From sequence record MN988561.1: DNA of 64,000 nt. One strand, written 5' to 3'. The notes under the pieces are model-generated. The model was not told the origin of the DNA and did no database searches. It was given only the letters and a program-made list of their open reading frames with translations. The position numbers and the translations under genes are program-made. Within the stretch, counting starts at the first letter, position 1. Every line of letters starts with the position of its first letter. Of the stretch, positions 37,322-46,684 are shown piece by piece.

Positions 37322-40201
37322 ATGAAAGTACTTATTACTGCAGATATTCATCTGCATGATTTTAGAGTACACAATCTATTTGGAAATCCCTATTTTAGAC
37401 TAGGTCAATACAGTAAATTAGCTGATCGACTTGTCCAAATTATTAAAGAGCATAACGTCGGAGCGATGGCTATTGCTGGAGATTTTCTCCACGTAGCCTC
37501 GCCACGTCCATACATTACGAATGCTGCTGGTAAGTTCCTAGATAAGATTGCTGCTCATGTACCTCTATACGTCACTCATGGTCAACATGACTATGACTCT
37601 CGTACAGAGATGAGTTCTGATAATACTCTGTTGAGTATGTACAATGGTCGTCCTAATATTAGGTATCTCCATAAAGAGTCTGTCACACTAGATGGTAGAA
37701 AGTTCTACTTCCAAGGATGGACTAGTCAACAAGATTTCTCTCATATCAAGCATGGTGAATATGATGTTTTGATTGGTCATGCTACCATTCAAGACTCTAT
37801 CATTAATCAATATGGGACAACGATGGAACATGGACAGTCGATCGAGAACGATAAGTTCAAGATCTGCTTCTTTGGTGATATTCATCGACATCAAGTTAAA
37901 GGTAATCAAGTTATTCCTGGAGTACCAATTCAGGCTAACTTCGGTGACCACCCTGATGTAGGAGTGATTATTCTTGACACAGAGACTCTTGAATGGACTC
38001 GTGTCAAGACTATTACAGAAGAATTCCCATTCCTACGATTCCTTGTTACAGATAAAGTTTTTGACGATCCATATATTGTCACTAAACTACCTGCCAGTAA
38101 CTCTAATGCTACTAAGCGTGAGAAGTTACATAAATCGATTGACATCATGGAAGTCATCGACAAGTCTGTACTAGGTGCGGATGTGCTTGACATTCATGAT
38201 TTAGCACTAGCTGCAATCTCTAAGCTTGAGTCTGATGAAGTTAATCTGAACTTCTCGATCACCTCTCTGAAGATTAGAAATTTCAGATCCATTGATAAGG
38301 TCGAGTGGACTCCTAAAGACGGAGTCATGCTGATCAATGGTATCAATGGTGCAGGTAAGTCTACACTTATTCGAGCTATATCGTTTGCTCTCCATGGATC
38401 ACGTAGTGGTAAGTCACTCGTCCGTAAAGAGCAGACTGAGATGAGTGTTGATCTTGAATTAACGTACAATGGTATTAACTATCGTATCTACAGAGGTCTC
38501 TCTGATGGTAAGGGATGGTTAAACTATTTTATTGATTCCAAACAGATCGAAACTGAGAATCAAACTGCGACTAATGATAGAATCTCCAAAGATTTGAAGT
38601 TTCTATCGATGTGGCAATTACTGTACCATGTTCAAGGTAAGCCTAGATTCCTATCAGCATTCAATTATGGATCTCGAGTTGAACTCGTATCCAATGTTGT
38701 TGGACTATCAATTGTTGAACGATTGAAGCAAGCTGCTGAGTCCATTAAGTCTAAGTCAGATAAAGAGTATTCATCTTTGTCAACAGAGACTGATGGTATA
38801 AATATGTATCTCGAAACTATGAAGTCTGTCGACTTCTCGGAGATGCAAAATGACTATAGTGACTTGATAGGATGGGCTGACAGGATCATCAAGGATTTGA
38901 ATGATCTTATCAATCTTGAAAGAGATCTCGCTAGCGCTCAAAGTGAAATGAGATCTTCAGAAAATGCTTTATCTCAGTACAAAGATATCGACTTCAGTCG
39001 AGCATCTATGGATACTGAACAGATGACTGCTCGTATTACTAGTTTGAGTGATACGATCAATTCTAAGAATAAGAGCATCTCTGAGTACGAACGTGAGATC
39101 TCTGAAATCCGTAATAAAATGGGTCTCAAACAACAAGAGATTCAGTCTAAGAAAGTTGACATCTCTTCGATCGAGACTAAAATGCACTCTCTGCAAGCTA
39201 GCACATGTTATGCTTGTGATCAGATTGTTGGAGAAGACAAAGTCTTTCAAATGAAAGGTCAGTTTGAATCTAGCAAGATGAATATTGAGGAGGTCATCAA
39301 GTCTCTTCAGACAGAGATACCGGACCTCCTACAAGCTGCTACTAAGTACATGGCAGACATCGAGACAGTACGTAAAGATGTCAATGTCTATGTTGAAGAG
39401 AAGTCCAGCTTGAGTACAGATCTGTCGAACATTACAAATCTTCGTAATCAATATGCAAGATTTAATAATGTGAAGGCAGTGCTAAATAAGAATATCGACG
39501 ATGTAGCTGCACTTAATTCTAAAGTCGATCTTCAGAAAATTCGAATCAAAGAACGATTCGGCACTATAATCAGTCACGAGAATACATCGAACGATGTCCT
39601 AATGAAGACGAGAGAACAACTCGCCATTCTGAAGGAGAAGCAGTCGAATGTTCAGAGACTGACTGATTTGCATAAAGACATGACTGCTAAGATCGAGAGA
39701 CTCTCAGCTGTTAAGGTCTTGATGGAAGAAATTGTAGCTTCCAGATCTAAGTATGACAAGTACATCAGTTTGATGGATCCAAAGGGTATTGTAACGAGAT
39801 CAGTTCTTACTGCTATCTCTGAACAATTGTCAAATGACAAGATTAAGGTCGTTGCTCATAAGACTCTAGCAAATGGTGAGACAAGACCTGACTTTAATCT
39901 ACTGCTCAATGTCCACGGTAAGTGGATTGAGTACGATGAATTGTCAGGTGGTCAGATGATTGTCTGTGATTTATATATTCTTTCTCACTTAATTTCTATC
40001 TGTGGAGGAGCAGGATTACTTATCTTCGACGAGACATTCGGAGAGCTAGATCCTACAAATCTTGAGTATACTGTTGATATGATCAAGTCGATCAACGTTC
40101 AGAACATTCTTATCGTGAGCCATCACGAGGCGTTCCCGTACTACGATCATCATACAGTAGCGAGACTCCAGGATGGAGTGACCAACTATACATTCTCTTA
40201 G
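37322..40201 (+). CDS. Single-chain Mre11/SbcD nuclease - Rad50/SbcC ATPase fusion
   Basis: Phosphoesterase motifs ADIHL, GDFL, HGQHD, GH, GDIH. SMC-type NFRS, GINGAGKS, CYAC zinc hook, LSGGQ, LLIFDETFGELD, VSHH. One uninterrupted 959-aa frame. Confidence 0.93.
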   Translation: MKVLITADIHLHDFRVHNLFGNPYFRLGQYSKLADRLVQIIKEHNVGAMAIAGDFLHVASPRPYITNAAGKFLDKIAAHVPLYVTHGQHDYDSRTEMSSDNTLLSMYNGRPNIRYLHKESVTLDGRKFYFQGWTSQQDFSHIKHGEYDVLIGHATIQDSIINQYGTTMEHGQSIENDKFKICFFGDIHRHQVKGNQVIPGVPIQANFGDHPDVGVIILDTETLEWTRVKTITEEFPFLRFLVTDKVFDDPYIVTKLPASNSNATKREKLHKSIDIMEVIDKSVLGADVLDIHDLALAAISKLESDEVNLNFSITSLKIRNFRSIDKVEWTPKDGVMLINGINGAGKSTLIRAISFALHGSRSGKSLVRKEQTEMSVDLELTYNGINYRIYRGLSDGKGWLNYFIDSKQIETENQTATNDRISKDLKFLSMWQLLYHVQGKPRFLSAFNYGSRVELVSNVVGLSIVERLKQAAESIKSKSDKEYSSLSTETDGINMYLETMKSVDFSEMQNDYSDLIGWADRIIKDLNDLINLERDLASAQSEMRSSENALSQYKDIDFSRASMDTEQMTARITSLSDTINSKNKSISEYEREISEIRNKMGLKQQEIQSKKVDISSIETKMHSLQASTCYACDQIVGEDKVFQMKGQFESSKMNIEEVIKSLQTEIPDLLQAATKYMADIETVRKDVNVYVEEKSSLSTDLSNITNLRNQYARFNNVKAVLNKNIDDVAALNSKVDLQKIRIKERFGTIISHENTSNDVLMKTREQLAILKEKQSNVQRLTDLHKDMTAKIERLSAVKVLMEEIVASRSKYDKYISLMDPKGIVTRSVLTAISEQLSNDKIKVVAHKTLANGETRPDFNLLLNVHGKWIEYDELSGGQMIVCDLYILSHLISICGGAGLLIFDETFGELDPTNLEYTVDMIKSINVQNILIVSHHEAFPYYDHHTVARLQDGVTNYTFS

Positions 40202-40233
40202 ATGTAGAAAAACAAGAGAATGAACAAAGAGTA

Positions 40234-40455
40234 ATGTCTGATATGTTCAACGAACTAAACATTGAAGTAGCTCAACGAGTTACGGATAACCATATTAATA
40301 CTGCTATTAAACGTGCATCTGCAGCATGTGCTCCTCAGTCGAGCTCGAGATTCGATGGTATTCATTGCATCACATGTAATGAAGCTATCCCTGCGAGAAG
40401 ACTGGAACTTGGACGTATCAGATGTATTGATTGTCAATACGATCTGGAAAACTAA
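40234..40455 (+). CDS. TraR/DksA C4 zinc-finger protein
   Basis: CITCNEAIPARRLELGRIRCIDCQ. Confidence 0.88.
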   Translation: MSDMFNELNIEVAQRVTDNHINTAIKRASAACAPQSSSRFDGIHCITCNEAIPARRLELGRIRCIDCQYDLEN

Positions 40456-40464
40456 GAGAAGTAA

Positions 40465-40914
40465 ATGTCACTTGTAGCATATAAGAGTAAGCTAAACATT
40501 TTCGAGAGATTTCTTAGATATGTAGATAATATCTTCTATGCTGACGAATACGGAGACAAGAGACCTTCTTCACAGGATGTCCTTGATCTAAGTAATACGT
40601 CTTTAAAAGAGATCATTCTACCTGCCAACATTGTTATTAAGTCTCCTGGGAATATCTTTATCAAATCAGAACGACATATTGTTCTTGACTCAGGACATAG
40701 AAATGACAACGATGGGAAGGTATGGCTTAATAGCGATCAGCTTGTATTTGATATTGATACATTCGATAGCTACGCTTATAGAAAGATTCATGGAGTCATC
40801 GATTCTATGGATCATTCGGATTATCATAACGTGAAGCAAGATGATCATCTTCAGCTTGAGTTTGATTTCTGCAATCATAAGGAGACTTGTGGATGCCAGG
40901 AGCAGCACGCTTAG
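40465..40914 (+). CDS. Hypothetical protein
   Basis: 149 aa ORF upstream of PAAR. Confidence 0.65.
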   Translation: MSLVAYKSKLNIFERFLRYVDNIFYADEYGDKRPSSQDVLDLSNTSLKEIILPANIVIKSPGNIFIKSERHIVLDSGHRNDNDGKVWLNSDQLVFDIDTFDSYAYRKIHGVIDSMDHSDYHNVKQDDHLQLEFDFCNHKETCGCQEQHA

Positions 40915-41186
40915 CTGATATATGTACAGGACATGGATGTTGGCCACCTAGAGCTAATTCGAGTGCATCTTCAGATGTATTCATAAATGGTCGAGGAGCT
41001 CATCGTCAAGGTGATACATGGTTACCTCATACATGTCCTGATATACCTGAAACTCATGCATCTGTATTAGCATCAGGGTCAAGTACCGTTTATACTAACG
41101 GTAAACAACAAGGTCGAATAGGAGATCCAGTAGCTTGTGGAAGTACTGTAGCTACAGGATCTGGTAATGTCATAGTCGGTGGATAA
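40893..41186 (+). CDS. PAAR-repeat spike-tip protein (T4 gp5.4-like)
   Basis: MPGAARLADICTGH, VFING.GAHRQGD, H...CGS; ATG 40893. Confidence 0.9.
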   Translation: MPGAARLADICTGHGCWPPRANSSASSDVFINGRGAHRQGDTWLPHTCPDIPETHASVLASGSSTVYTNGKQQGRIGDPVACGSTVATGSGNVIVGG

Positions 41187-41192
41187 TTTATA

Positions 41193-41561
41193 ATGTTGGA
41201 TGAAGATACGATTTCGATGGCAGGTCTTCAATCTTCTACGACGATGGAAATCGTCAAGAAGGTACTGAGAGCTGAAGATGTCGAAACTCGAGATTTGAGA
41301 GCAGCTATCATCTCAGTTTATGGTGCTGTTAATCAGTTGTACGATATGGGTAAGAAGATTACCAATAGCAAGATGACAACTGCTAAGATCCGTAAGGATT
41401 TTGAGAGAGCACTGAAAGGCGTCGAGGTAGGTTTTAATATTCCTATCGAAGTACGTCTACCTAATCACCTTCGAGGTGATACAGACGTCACTGAAGCAGT
41501 TAAGTCTGTAGGTGGTGCAATTGATCTGGGACCTGTAGTAAGTGAGACTAATCTACAGTGA
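41193..41561 (+). CDS. Hypothetical protein
   Basis: 122 aa ORF. Confidence 0.65.
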   Translation: MLDEDTISMAGLQSSTTMEIVKKVLRAEDVETRDLRAAIISVYGAVNQLYDMGKKITNSKMTTAKIRKDFERALKGVEVGFNIPIEVRLPNHLRGDTDVTEAVKSVGGAIDLGPVVSETNLQ

Positions 41562-41570
41562 TCTAATATC

Positions 41571-41613
41571 GCGTAATTCTTCTAAATAAACGGAAGAATT
41601 ACGCTTTATTTTT
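41571..41613 (+). terminator. Rho-independent terminator
   Basis: GCGTAATTCTTC...GAAGAATTACGC followed by TTTATTTTT. Confidence 0.8.
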
Positions 41614-41624
41614 GTCCATATGAA

Positions 41625-41651
41625 GCGAAGGAGCGTCCCTTAAGCCTTCCT
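41625..41651 (+). promoter_or_regulatory. Putative phage promoter, class 1
   Basis: GCGAA-N13-AGCCTTCCT, directly after a terminator. Confidence 0.8.
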
Positions 41652-41751
41652 CTCTCGTAAGACGTTAATTCTAGAAATTCCAATACGGAGTATGTAATGT
41701 CTTCTATTAAAAACTCCGATCCTAAAACCATCTCCTGAAAGGAAAATTCTC

Positions 41752-44007
41752 ATGGATCTCAATAAGTTCAAAGTAACTATCGGTGGTAAGTCTGTCAATG
41801 TGACCGCATTCACTCCTGACACTACAGCTACCAAGGCTGCAGGTAAGACTCACCATGTCCTTCTCATCGACCGTTCCGGTTCGATGTACTCCTCGATCAG
41901 TTATCTGATTGATCAGGTTCAGAATACAGTTAAGCTCATCGGTCAAGACGATCTGATTAGCATTCTCTGGTTCTCTGGTCAGGGTAGTAAGGGAGTTATC
42001 TGCCAAGGTGTTAAGGGATCTGAGGACATTACTACTGTTCTCAATAAGTTCCGTAGCGTTCTTGGTACGACATGCTTCTCTGAACCTCTCGCAGAGTCGA
42101 CTAATGTTGTTGCTATGTACAAGGACGTTGTTGATCAGTCCGTTATCACTCTCTTCACGGACGGTTGCCCAGTAGTCAGCTGGTCTACTGAGGAAGAGAC
42201 TGAACGTTGCCTCGAGATCATTAAAGATCTCGTTGATGATCTCAATGTCTCGGCAGTCAATACCGTAGGTTATGGTAACTACTACAATCGTGACTTCTTG
42301 CAGACTCTCTCCGAGGCATCGGATCAGGGTATGTTCGTTCACAGTAGTAAGATTGAACAATTTACTGACGTCTTCACCTCAGCAGTGGAGGTCGCCAGTG
42401 GTCTGGTACTTCAGTCTCTGGACATTGAAGTATCGGATGATGACGCTGATATTCTTTACGTAGGTAATGGTACCAGTGGTCTTCACAAGTCTGATCTCAG
42501 CATGCGTCGTCTTGACAAGTCTCGCAACCTTGTCTTCATCGTATCTGAGAATTCCAAGTACGATCTGACGATCAACGGTGTTACGGATCACAAGATTGAG
42601 TCCATGACTCAGTCCTCGAATCCTGAATTCGTTGAGAACTTCCTCTACTCGTATGCAGATTCTCTCTACTATCGTGGAGAACGTCAGAAGGCTCTTGACA
42701 TTATTGTCAACAATCTTCGTGACAAGCATCTCGCAGATCTGATGATGAATGCATTCACCATCGATGAAGTAGCTGATGTTCAGAAAGCTCTGAACATTGC
42801 ATGTGAGTTCAAGTCTGAACGTTACATCAGTGGTAAGTGCGGAGTAGGATACCTTCCCAAGAAGGATGCATTCTGCTTGATGGATCTCTTCAATCTGTTC
42901 TTCAAGAAGGATGTAACCGCATATTATGTCCCATTCTCGAAGAATGTTGAAGAATATCAGCGTATCGGTCGTAAAGTAACCGATGAATTCAATCTGTTCA
43001 CTAAGTCTCCTGAAGAAGTTATCGTTCCTCTGAACGATTTCGTCTGGAACAAGGACAAGCTGAATCTCTCGATTCGTATTCTGATTCCTGGTACAGTAAC
43101 TCTCAATCCGAAGGCTGCTAAGACAGTAGGACTTGCTTCTACTTATCCGTCCAAGATCTATCGTAACCATACGTTTATCAAAGACGGTCAGCTGAATATT
43201 AAGACTGCAGAATTCCTTCTGTCGTCTGATGTACTTGAAGTACTCAATGCGAATAAGATCGGTAACCGTATCCTGTCTACGGACGAGGATGTTGGTGGGA
43301 TCCTTCTGAATCGAGTAGTAGTCGATCTCACGAAGCTTCCTGTTATCAATCGTCTCTACATTGATAACTCTGATTCTCTGGATGATCTGAAGGATATTGT
43401 CGTTAATATCTCTAAGGCTGAGGCTTCCATCAAGGTAGCTAAGGATGCACTGGCAACCGTTCTGGCATCGAATGTGAATCTGACGAAGGTCGGAGCATAT
43501 AAGGGTCTTACGGCTGATCAGATCACCGTACTCGAAAATCATGGTATCTCCAAGGATGGAGTCTACGGAGGTATCGATAATGTCAAGCCTAAGGCTGCGG
43601 ATTCAGATAGCTACGAAGTACGTACTCTCGAATTCTATCTGAAGGGATTCTCGTCGCTTCCTTCCATCGCTGACTTCAACAAGATGCTCAATGGTGAGAA
43701 GAGAGTGAATGCTCCTGGACAAATGATGATCGACTATCTGAAGGATCTTGAATTCCGACTGAAGGCCGAGAATCTTAGTCTGAATCAGCCGAATGCAGCT
43801 GTTAGAGACTTCCTTAATGAGGAACTCGAAGAGCTTAAGGCTGGCCTAGCTACTGCTCGTAATCATCTCAATGCTGTCAAGATGGCTAAGGTGCTTACAC
43901 ATGACTTCTTCCATGGTCTAGTTGCTGACGACAAGGGTAACTACTCTTATGGAGATGAGAATCATACTATGATTCTTCGTAATGATCGTACTGTAGAGTA
44001 CGTTTAA
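41752..44007 (+). CDS. Large vWA-domain protein (751 aa)
   Basis: LLIDRSGSM, T, LFTDGCP MIDAS residues; VGYGNYYNRDFL. Confidence 0.8.
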   Translation: MDLNKFKVTIGGKSVNVTAFTPDTTATKAAGKTHHVLLIDRSGSMYSSISYLIDQVQNTVKLIGQDDLISILWFSGQGSKGVICQGVKGSEDITTVLNKFRSVLGTTCFSEPLAESTNVVAMYKDVVDQSVITLFTDGCPVVSWSTEEETERCLEIIKDLVDDLNVSAVNTVGYGNYYNRDFLQTLSEASDQGMFVHSSKIEQFTDVFTSAVEVASGLVLQSLDIEVSDDDADILYVGNGTSGLHKSDLSMRRLDKSRNLVFIVSENSKYDLTINGVTDHKIESMTQSSNPEFVENFLYSYADSLYYRGERQKALDIIVNNLRDKHLADLMMNAFTIDEVADVQKALNIACEFKSERYISGKCGVGYLPKKDAFCLMDLFNLFFKKDVTAYYVPFSKNVEEYQRIGRKVTDEFNLFTKSPEEVIVPLNDFVWNKDKLNLSIRILIPGTVTLNPKAAKTVGLASTYPSKIYRNHTFIKDGQLNIKTAEFLLSSDVLEVLNANKIGNRILSTDEDVGGILLNRVVVDLTKLPVINRLYIDNSDSLDDLKDIVVNISKAEASIKVAKDALATVLASNVNLTKVGAYKGLTADQITVLENHGISKDGVYGGIDNVKPKAADSDSYEVRTLEFYLKGFSSLPSIADFNKMLNGEKRVNAPGQMMIDYLKDLEFRLKAENLSLNQPNAAVRDFLNEELEELKAGLATARNHLNAVKMAKVLTHDFFHGLVADDKGNYSYGDENHTMILRNDRTVEYV

Positions 44008-44012
44008 AATCT

Positions 44013-44062
44013 AGGCTCCATTATTCTTCTCGCAAGGGATGAGTAATGGAGCCTTTTCTTTT
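44013..44062 (+). terminator. Rho-independent terminator
   Basis: AGGCTCCATTATTC...GAGTAATGGAGCCT followed by TTTCTTTT. Confidence 0.8.
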
Positions 44063-44080
44063 GTCTTATTGAGAGGTAAT

Positions 44081-44659
44081 ATGCATACCGCTGATCTAGA
44101 GAATATGCCATCTCTGGTTCTCAATGCTGATATGTTACCCTTATCTTCTTCACCATTAAGCTTGTATCATTGGCACGATACGATCAAGGCAGTGACTGAA
44201 AATAAGGCTAGTGTAATAGCTGAGTACGACAGAGTTATTCGATCTCCTACATTTGAGATGAAGCTACCATCCGTGATAGCCTTGAACAACTATGTCGGAA
44301 TCTATACCGAGATTAAATTTACACGTTACAATCTATTTCTAAGAGATAAATTCACTTGTCAGTATTGTATGGAGAAGTTTGCTTACAAGAATCTTACGTT
44401 TGATCATGTCGTACCTGCATCTAGAGGTGGTAAGACAGTTTGGACTAATATCGTAGCAGCATGTCATCCTTGCAATATTAAGAAACGTGATAGAACTCCT
44501 GAAGAAGCAGGTTTGCATCTCCATTACAAGCCATATGCTCCTAACTATGAGCAGTTTAAACGTTTAGGACGTCAAGATCCTGGTAAGAATCATTACGGTA
44601 ATCTCCATAAGACCATTATAGACTGGTTGTACTGGGACACAGAATTGGAATCAAAATAA
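44081..44659 (+). CDS. HNH endonuclease (McrA-like)
   Basis: RDKFTCQYC, TFDHVVPASRGG, NIVAACHPCN; GAGGT RBS before ATG 44081. Confidence 0.92.
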   Translation: MHTADLENMPSLVLNADMLPLSSSPLSLYHWHDTIKAVTENKASVIAEYDRVIRSPTFEMKLPSVIALNNYVGIYTEIKFTRYNLFLRDKFTCQYCMEKFAYKNLTFDHVVPASRGGKTVWTNIVAACHPCNIKKRDRTPEEAGLHLHYKPYAPNYEQFKRLGRQDPGKNHYGNLHKTIIDWLYWDTELESK

Positions 44660-44661
44660 CA

Positions 44662-44985
44662 ATGGCACACGCCTGTATCCTACTGATCGGCAAGTACAAG
44701 AAGTCACTTGTCAACTATCTTGACCAAGATCCTATTTACTACAGTCAAGTCGAAGAAGGTACTGAGGTCATAGCTCATTACTTCAACGTACATAATGTCA
44801 TTGATGTTCAGAGACTAGGTGAACTAGTCGGCATCGATGATTACAAAGACATGAGTCAGTCCGTAATCAATAAGGCACGGATTGACCATGAGGAGCTCGA
44901 AGAATTTGGTAGTCCTGCAAAGGTAAATGGATTTATCAAACTCCTTGATAATGGATTTAAACCATATTTTGAGGTGAGCTTCTGA
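44662..44985 (+). CDS. Hypothetical protein
   Basis: 107 aa ORF. Confidence 0.65.
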   Translation: MAHACILLIGKYKKSLVNYLDQDPIYYSQVEEGTEVIAHYFNVHNVIDVQRLGELVGIDDYKDMSQSVINKARIDHEELEEFGSPAKVNGFIKLLDNGFKPYFEVSF

Positions 44986-45212
44986 TGACAAATCCTGACA
45001 CTCCTGTAACATTTTCCTTTTCTGGTCGACGTCTATATGATATAACGGACGATCAGTTGAAGATTGTCAAAGCATTCAGACAAGTTTTATCTAAAGAACT
45101 AAAATTTTGTTCAATGATAGACTGTGCATATGCTTTGAAAGAATCTAACTGGGATGTTGACAAGGCTAGGGTACTTATGATTGAATTGAGTAGATACAGA
45201 GTTGTTCTTTAG
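44985..45212 (+). CDS. Hypothetical protein (EF-Ts/UBA-like helix pattern)
   Basis: SMIDCAYALKESNWDVDKAR resembles the EF-Ts N-terminal mmdCkkAL.e..gD.ekA motif. Confidence 0.5.
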   Translation: MTNPDTPVTFSFSGRRLYDITDDQLKIVKAFRQVLSKELKFCSMIDCAYALKESNWDVDKARVLMIELSRYRVVL

Positions 45213-45247
45213 TGTGAGTACAACGGTTCTACTTAAAGGATGAAAAA

Positions 45248-45658
45248 TTGAAGATCTACACTGTAATTGTCAGCATTATGTTGGCTCTCATCTCTACTTC
45301 AGTTTACGGAGGAGAAGTGATAACACGTAAAGTTGGTTATTCCAGCAGATCGCTCATTGTGAGTGAGGCAGCTAAATACGGAATAAGCAAAGCAGTCATC
45401 GAACATGTCGCACGTAAGGAGAGTACATTTAGATGTACGACTGGAGGTCGATATAAAGGTCCACTTCAAATCAGCCCAAGGAGCGCTCGTGCTCTAGGGT
45501 ATCAAGGTAAAGGTGGTCTAGATAATTGCGGAGACGGTCTGAAATACGGACTGAGACACTTAGCAATCTGTGTTAAGAAAGTAGGTCAGAATCCAAAGAA
45601 GGCAGCTTCATGTCATGCGTCCCCAGGTGCGTATGGTGTGAGAGTAGTATGGAGATAG
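45248..45658 (+). CDS. Lytic transglycosylase (SLT-like) with signal peptide
   Basis: AAKYGI...VARKESTF (catalytic Glu), GPLQI, YGLRHL; hydrophobic N-terminus. Confidence 0.8.
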   Translation: MKIYTVIVSIMLALISTSVYGGEVITRKVGYSSRSLIVSEAAKYGISKAVIEHVARKESTFRCTTGGRYKGPLQISPRSARALGYQGKGGLDNCGDGLKYGLRHLAICVKKVGQNPKKAASCHASPGAYGVRVVWR

Positions 45659-45909
45659 TTCCATCAAAATGGACGGTTTATATCGTAGAGTGTAGAGATA
45701 AATCCTTGTATACAGGAATCACTACTGATATAAACCGTCGTCTACTCCAGCACAATAATGGTACTGGAGCCAAGTATACAAGAAGCAGAAGACCTGTTAG
45801 TATCGTTTATACCGAGAAATTACCAGATAGGTCTTCTGCTCTCAAACGTGAATACGCTATTAAGCAACTATCTCGTAAGGAGAAGTTGCAATTAGTAAAT
45901 TTTAGATAG
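45649..45909 (+). CDS. GIY-YIG nuclease (UPF0213)
   Basis: VYIVECRDKSLYTGITTDINRRLLQHN.GTGAKYTR..RPV. Confidence 0.92.
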   Translation: MEIVPSKWTVYIVECRDKSLYTGITTDINRRLLQHNNGTGAKYTRSRRPVSIVYTEKLPDRSSALKREYAIKQLSRKEKLQLVNFR

Positions 45910-45939
45910 GTTCACTTAACGTCTCCAAGGGATTCTTCT
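45906..45939 (+). promoter_or_regulatory. Class-2 bipartite motif ATAGGTTCACTT-N9-AAGGGATTCTTCT, copy B
   Basis: Both blocks identical to 447-480, with the same spacer length. Confidence 0.5.
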
Positions 45940-45977
45940 TTAGGAAGGGACCTTGGAGATTCTTAGAGGTAATTTAA

Positions 45978-46214
45978 ATGGGCACTAGTGCTCCTGATAT
46001 TACAATTAGTAATCCCAATATTGATCATACTTACGATACGAGTAATCTTCCATTTCTCAGGAAGACTCCTCCTCACGTCCTTGGAGAATCTAAGGACGAT
46101 TTTCTAAGTAGAATGTCCCTTGCTACTCATGACCGAGTGAACAACTTAGAGTTCACGATTGTGAGTCGTAGAGATTGGGACCATCTGCTCTACTTAGCAA
46201 GTAGATCCATCTAA
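45978..46214 (+). CDS. Hypothetical protein
   Basis: GAGGT RBS; 78 aa. Confidence 0.6.
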   Translation: MGTSAPDITISNPNIDHTYDTSNLPFLRKTPPHVLGESKDDFLSRMSLATHDRVNNLEFTIVSRRDWDHLLYLASRSI

Positions 46215-46270
46215 TCCCTTAACAATTTGTCTTAAGAATCGTCTGCTTTAATGGCAGGTAGGAGAAAGTA

Positions 46271-46516
46271 GTGGCCGAGTATAGTAGCACTGTAACTGCA
46301 TATGATAGTGCAGGTAGTGAGAAATTATTTAATATCTTTAAAGATCTTAAAATGGATTTGGATATGCTTAGTGCAATTGTTCAGAATCCTATGAAGATCA
46401 AACATACTGAACTTCTTAGATTTAAGAAAGATATGGATATCTTTTGTCTAAAGTTTGTAATCCTAAAGGATGAAACTATGGATTTCGTTATGAGTCAACC
46501 ACCTAGTGATCCTTGA
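46271..46516 (+). CDS. Hypothetical protein
   Basis: GTG start after AGGAGA. Confidence 0.55.
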   Translation: MAEYSSTVTAYDSAGSEKLFNIFKDLKMDLDMLSAIVQNPMKIKHTELLRFKKDMDIFCLKFVILKDETMDFVMSQPPSDP

Positions 46517-46521
46517 TCTTG

Positions 46522-46582
46522 ATTATCATTATAATAATGATAATTATAATAAGAATAGTATAGATAATATTATTCTTATTAT
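46522..46582. repeat. Two adjacent AT-rich inverted repeats
   Basis: ATTATCATTA-TAA-TAATGATAAT (46522-46544) and ATAATAAGAATAGTAT-AGATA-ATATTATTCTTATTAT (46546-46582, one mismatch). Confidence 0.85.
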
Positions 46583-46644
46583 TCTTGTGATCTAGGACTG
46601 ATTTTACAGATATTCGACTCCTGATTAAGGACTTATTCCAGTCA

Positions 46645-46671
46645 GCGAAGTAGAGGCCGGAGAGCCTTCCT
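46645..46671 (+). promoter_or_regulatory. Putative phage promoter, class 1
   Basis: GCGAA-N13-AGCCTTCCT. Confidence 0.8.
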
Positions 46672-46684
46672 TGTTAGACGTCAA

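Noticed and set aside
41722-43542. Long minus-strand ORFs (212 and 387 aa)
   Set aside because: Antisense to the vWA gene with no RBS or motifs; expected from codon bias. The same reasoning applies to 29821-30165, 30841-31242, 32308-32922, 57825-58307, 60365-61024 and the other minus-strand ORFs.
44050-44058. AGCCTTTTC resembling the class-1 motif
   Set aside because: It is the 3' arm and U-tract of a terminator, and the upstream block does not match.
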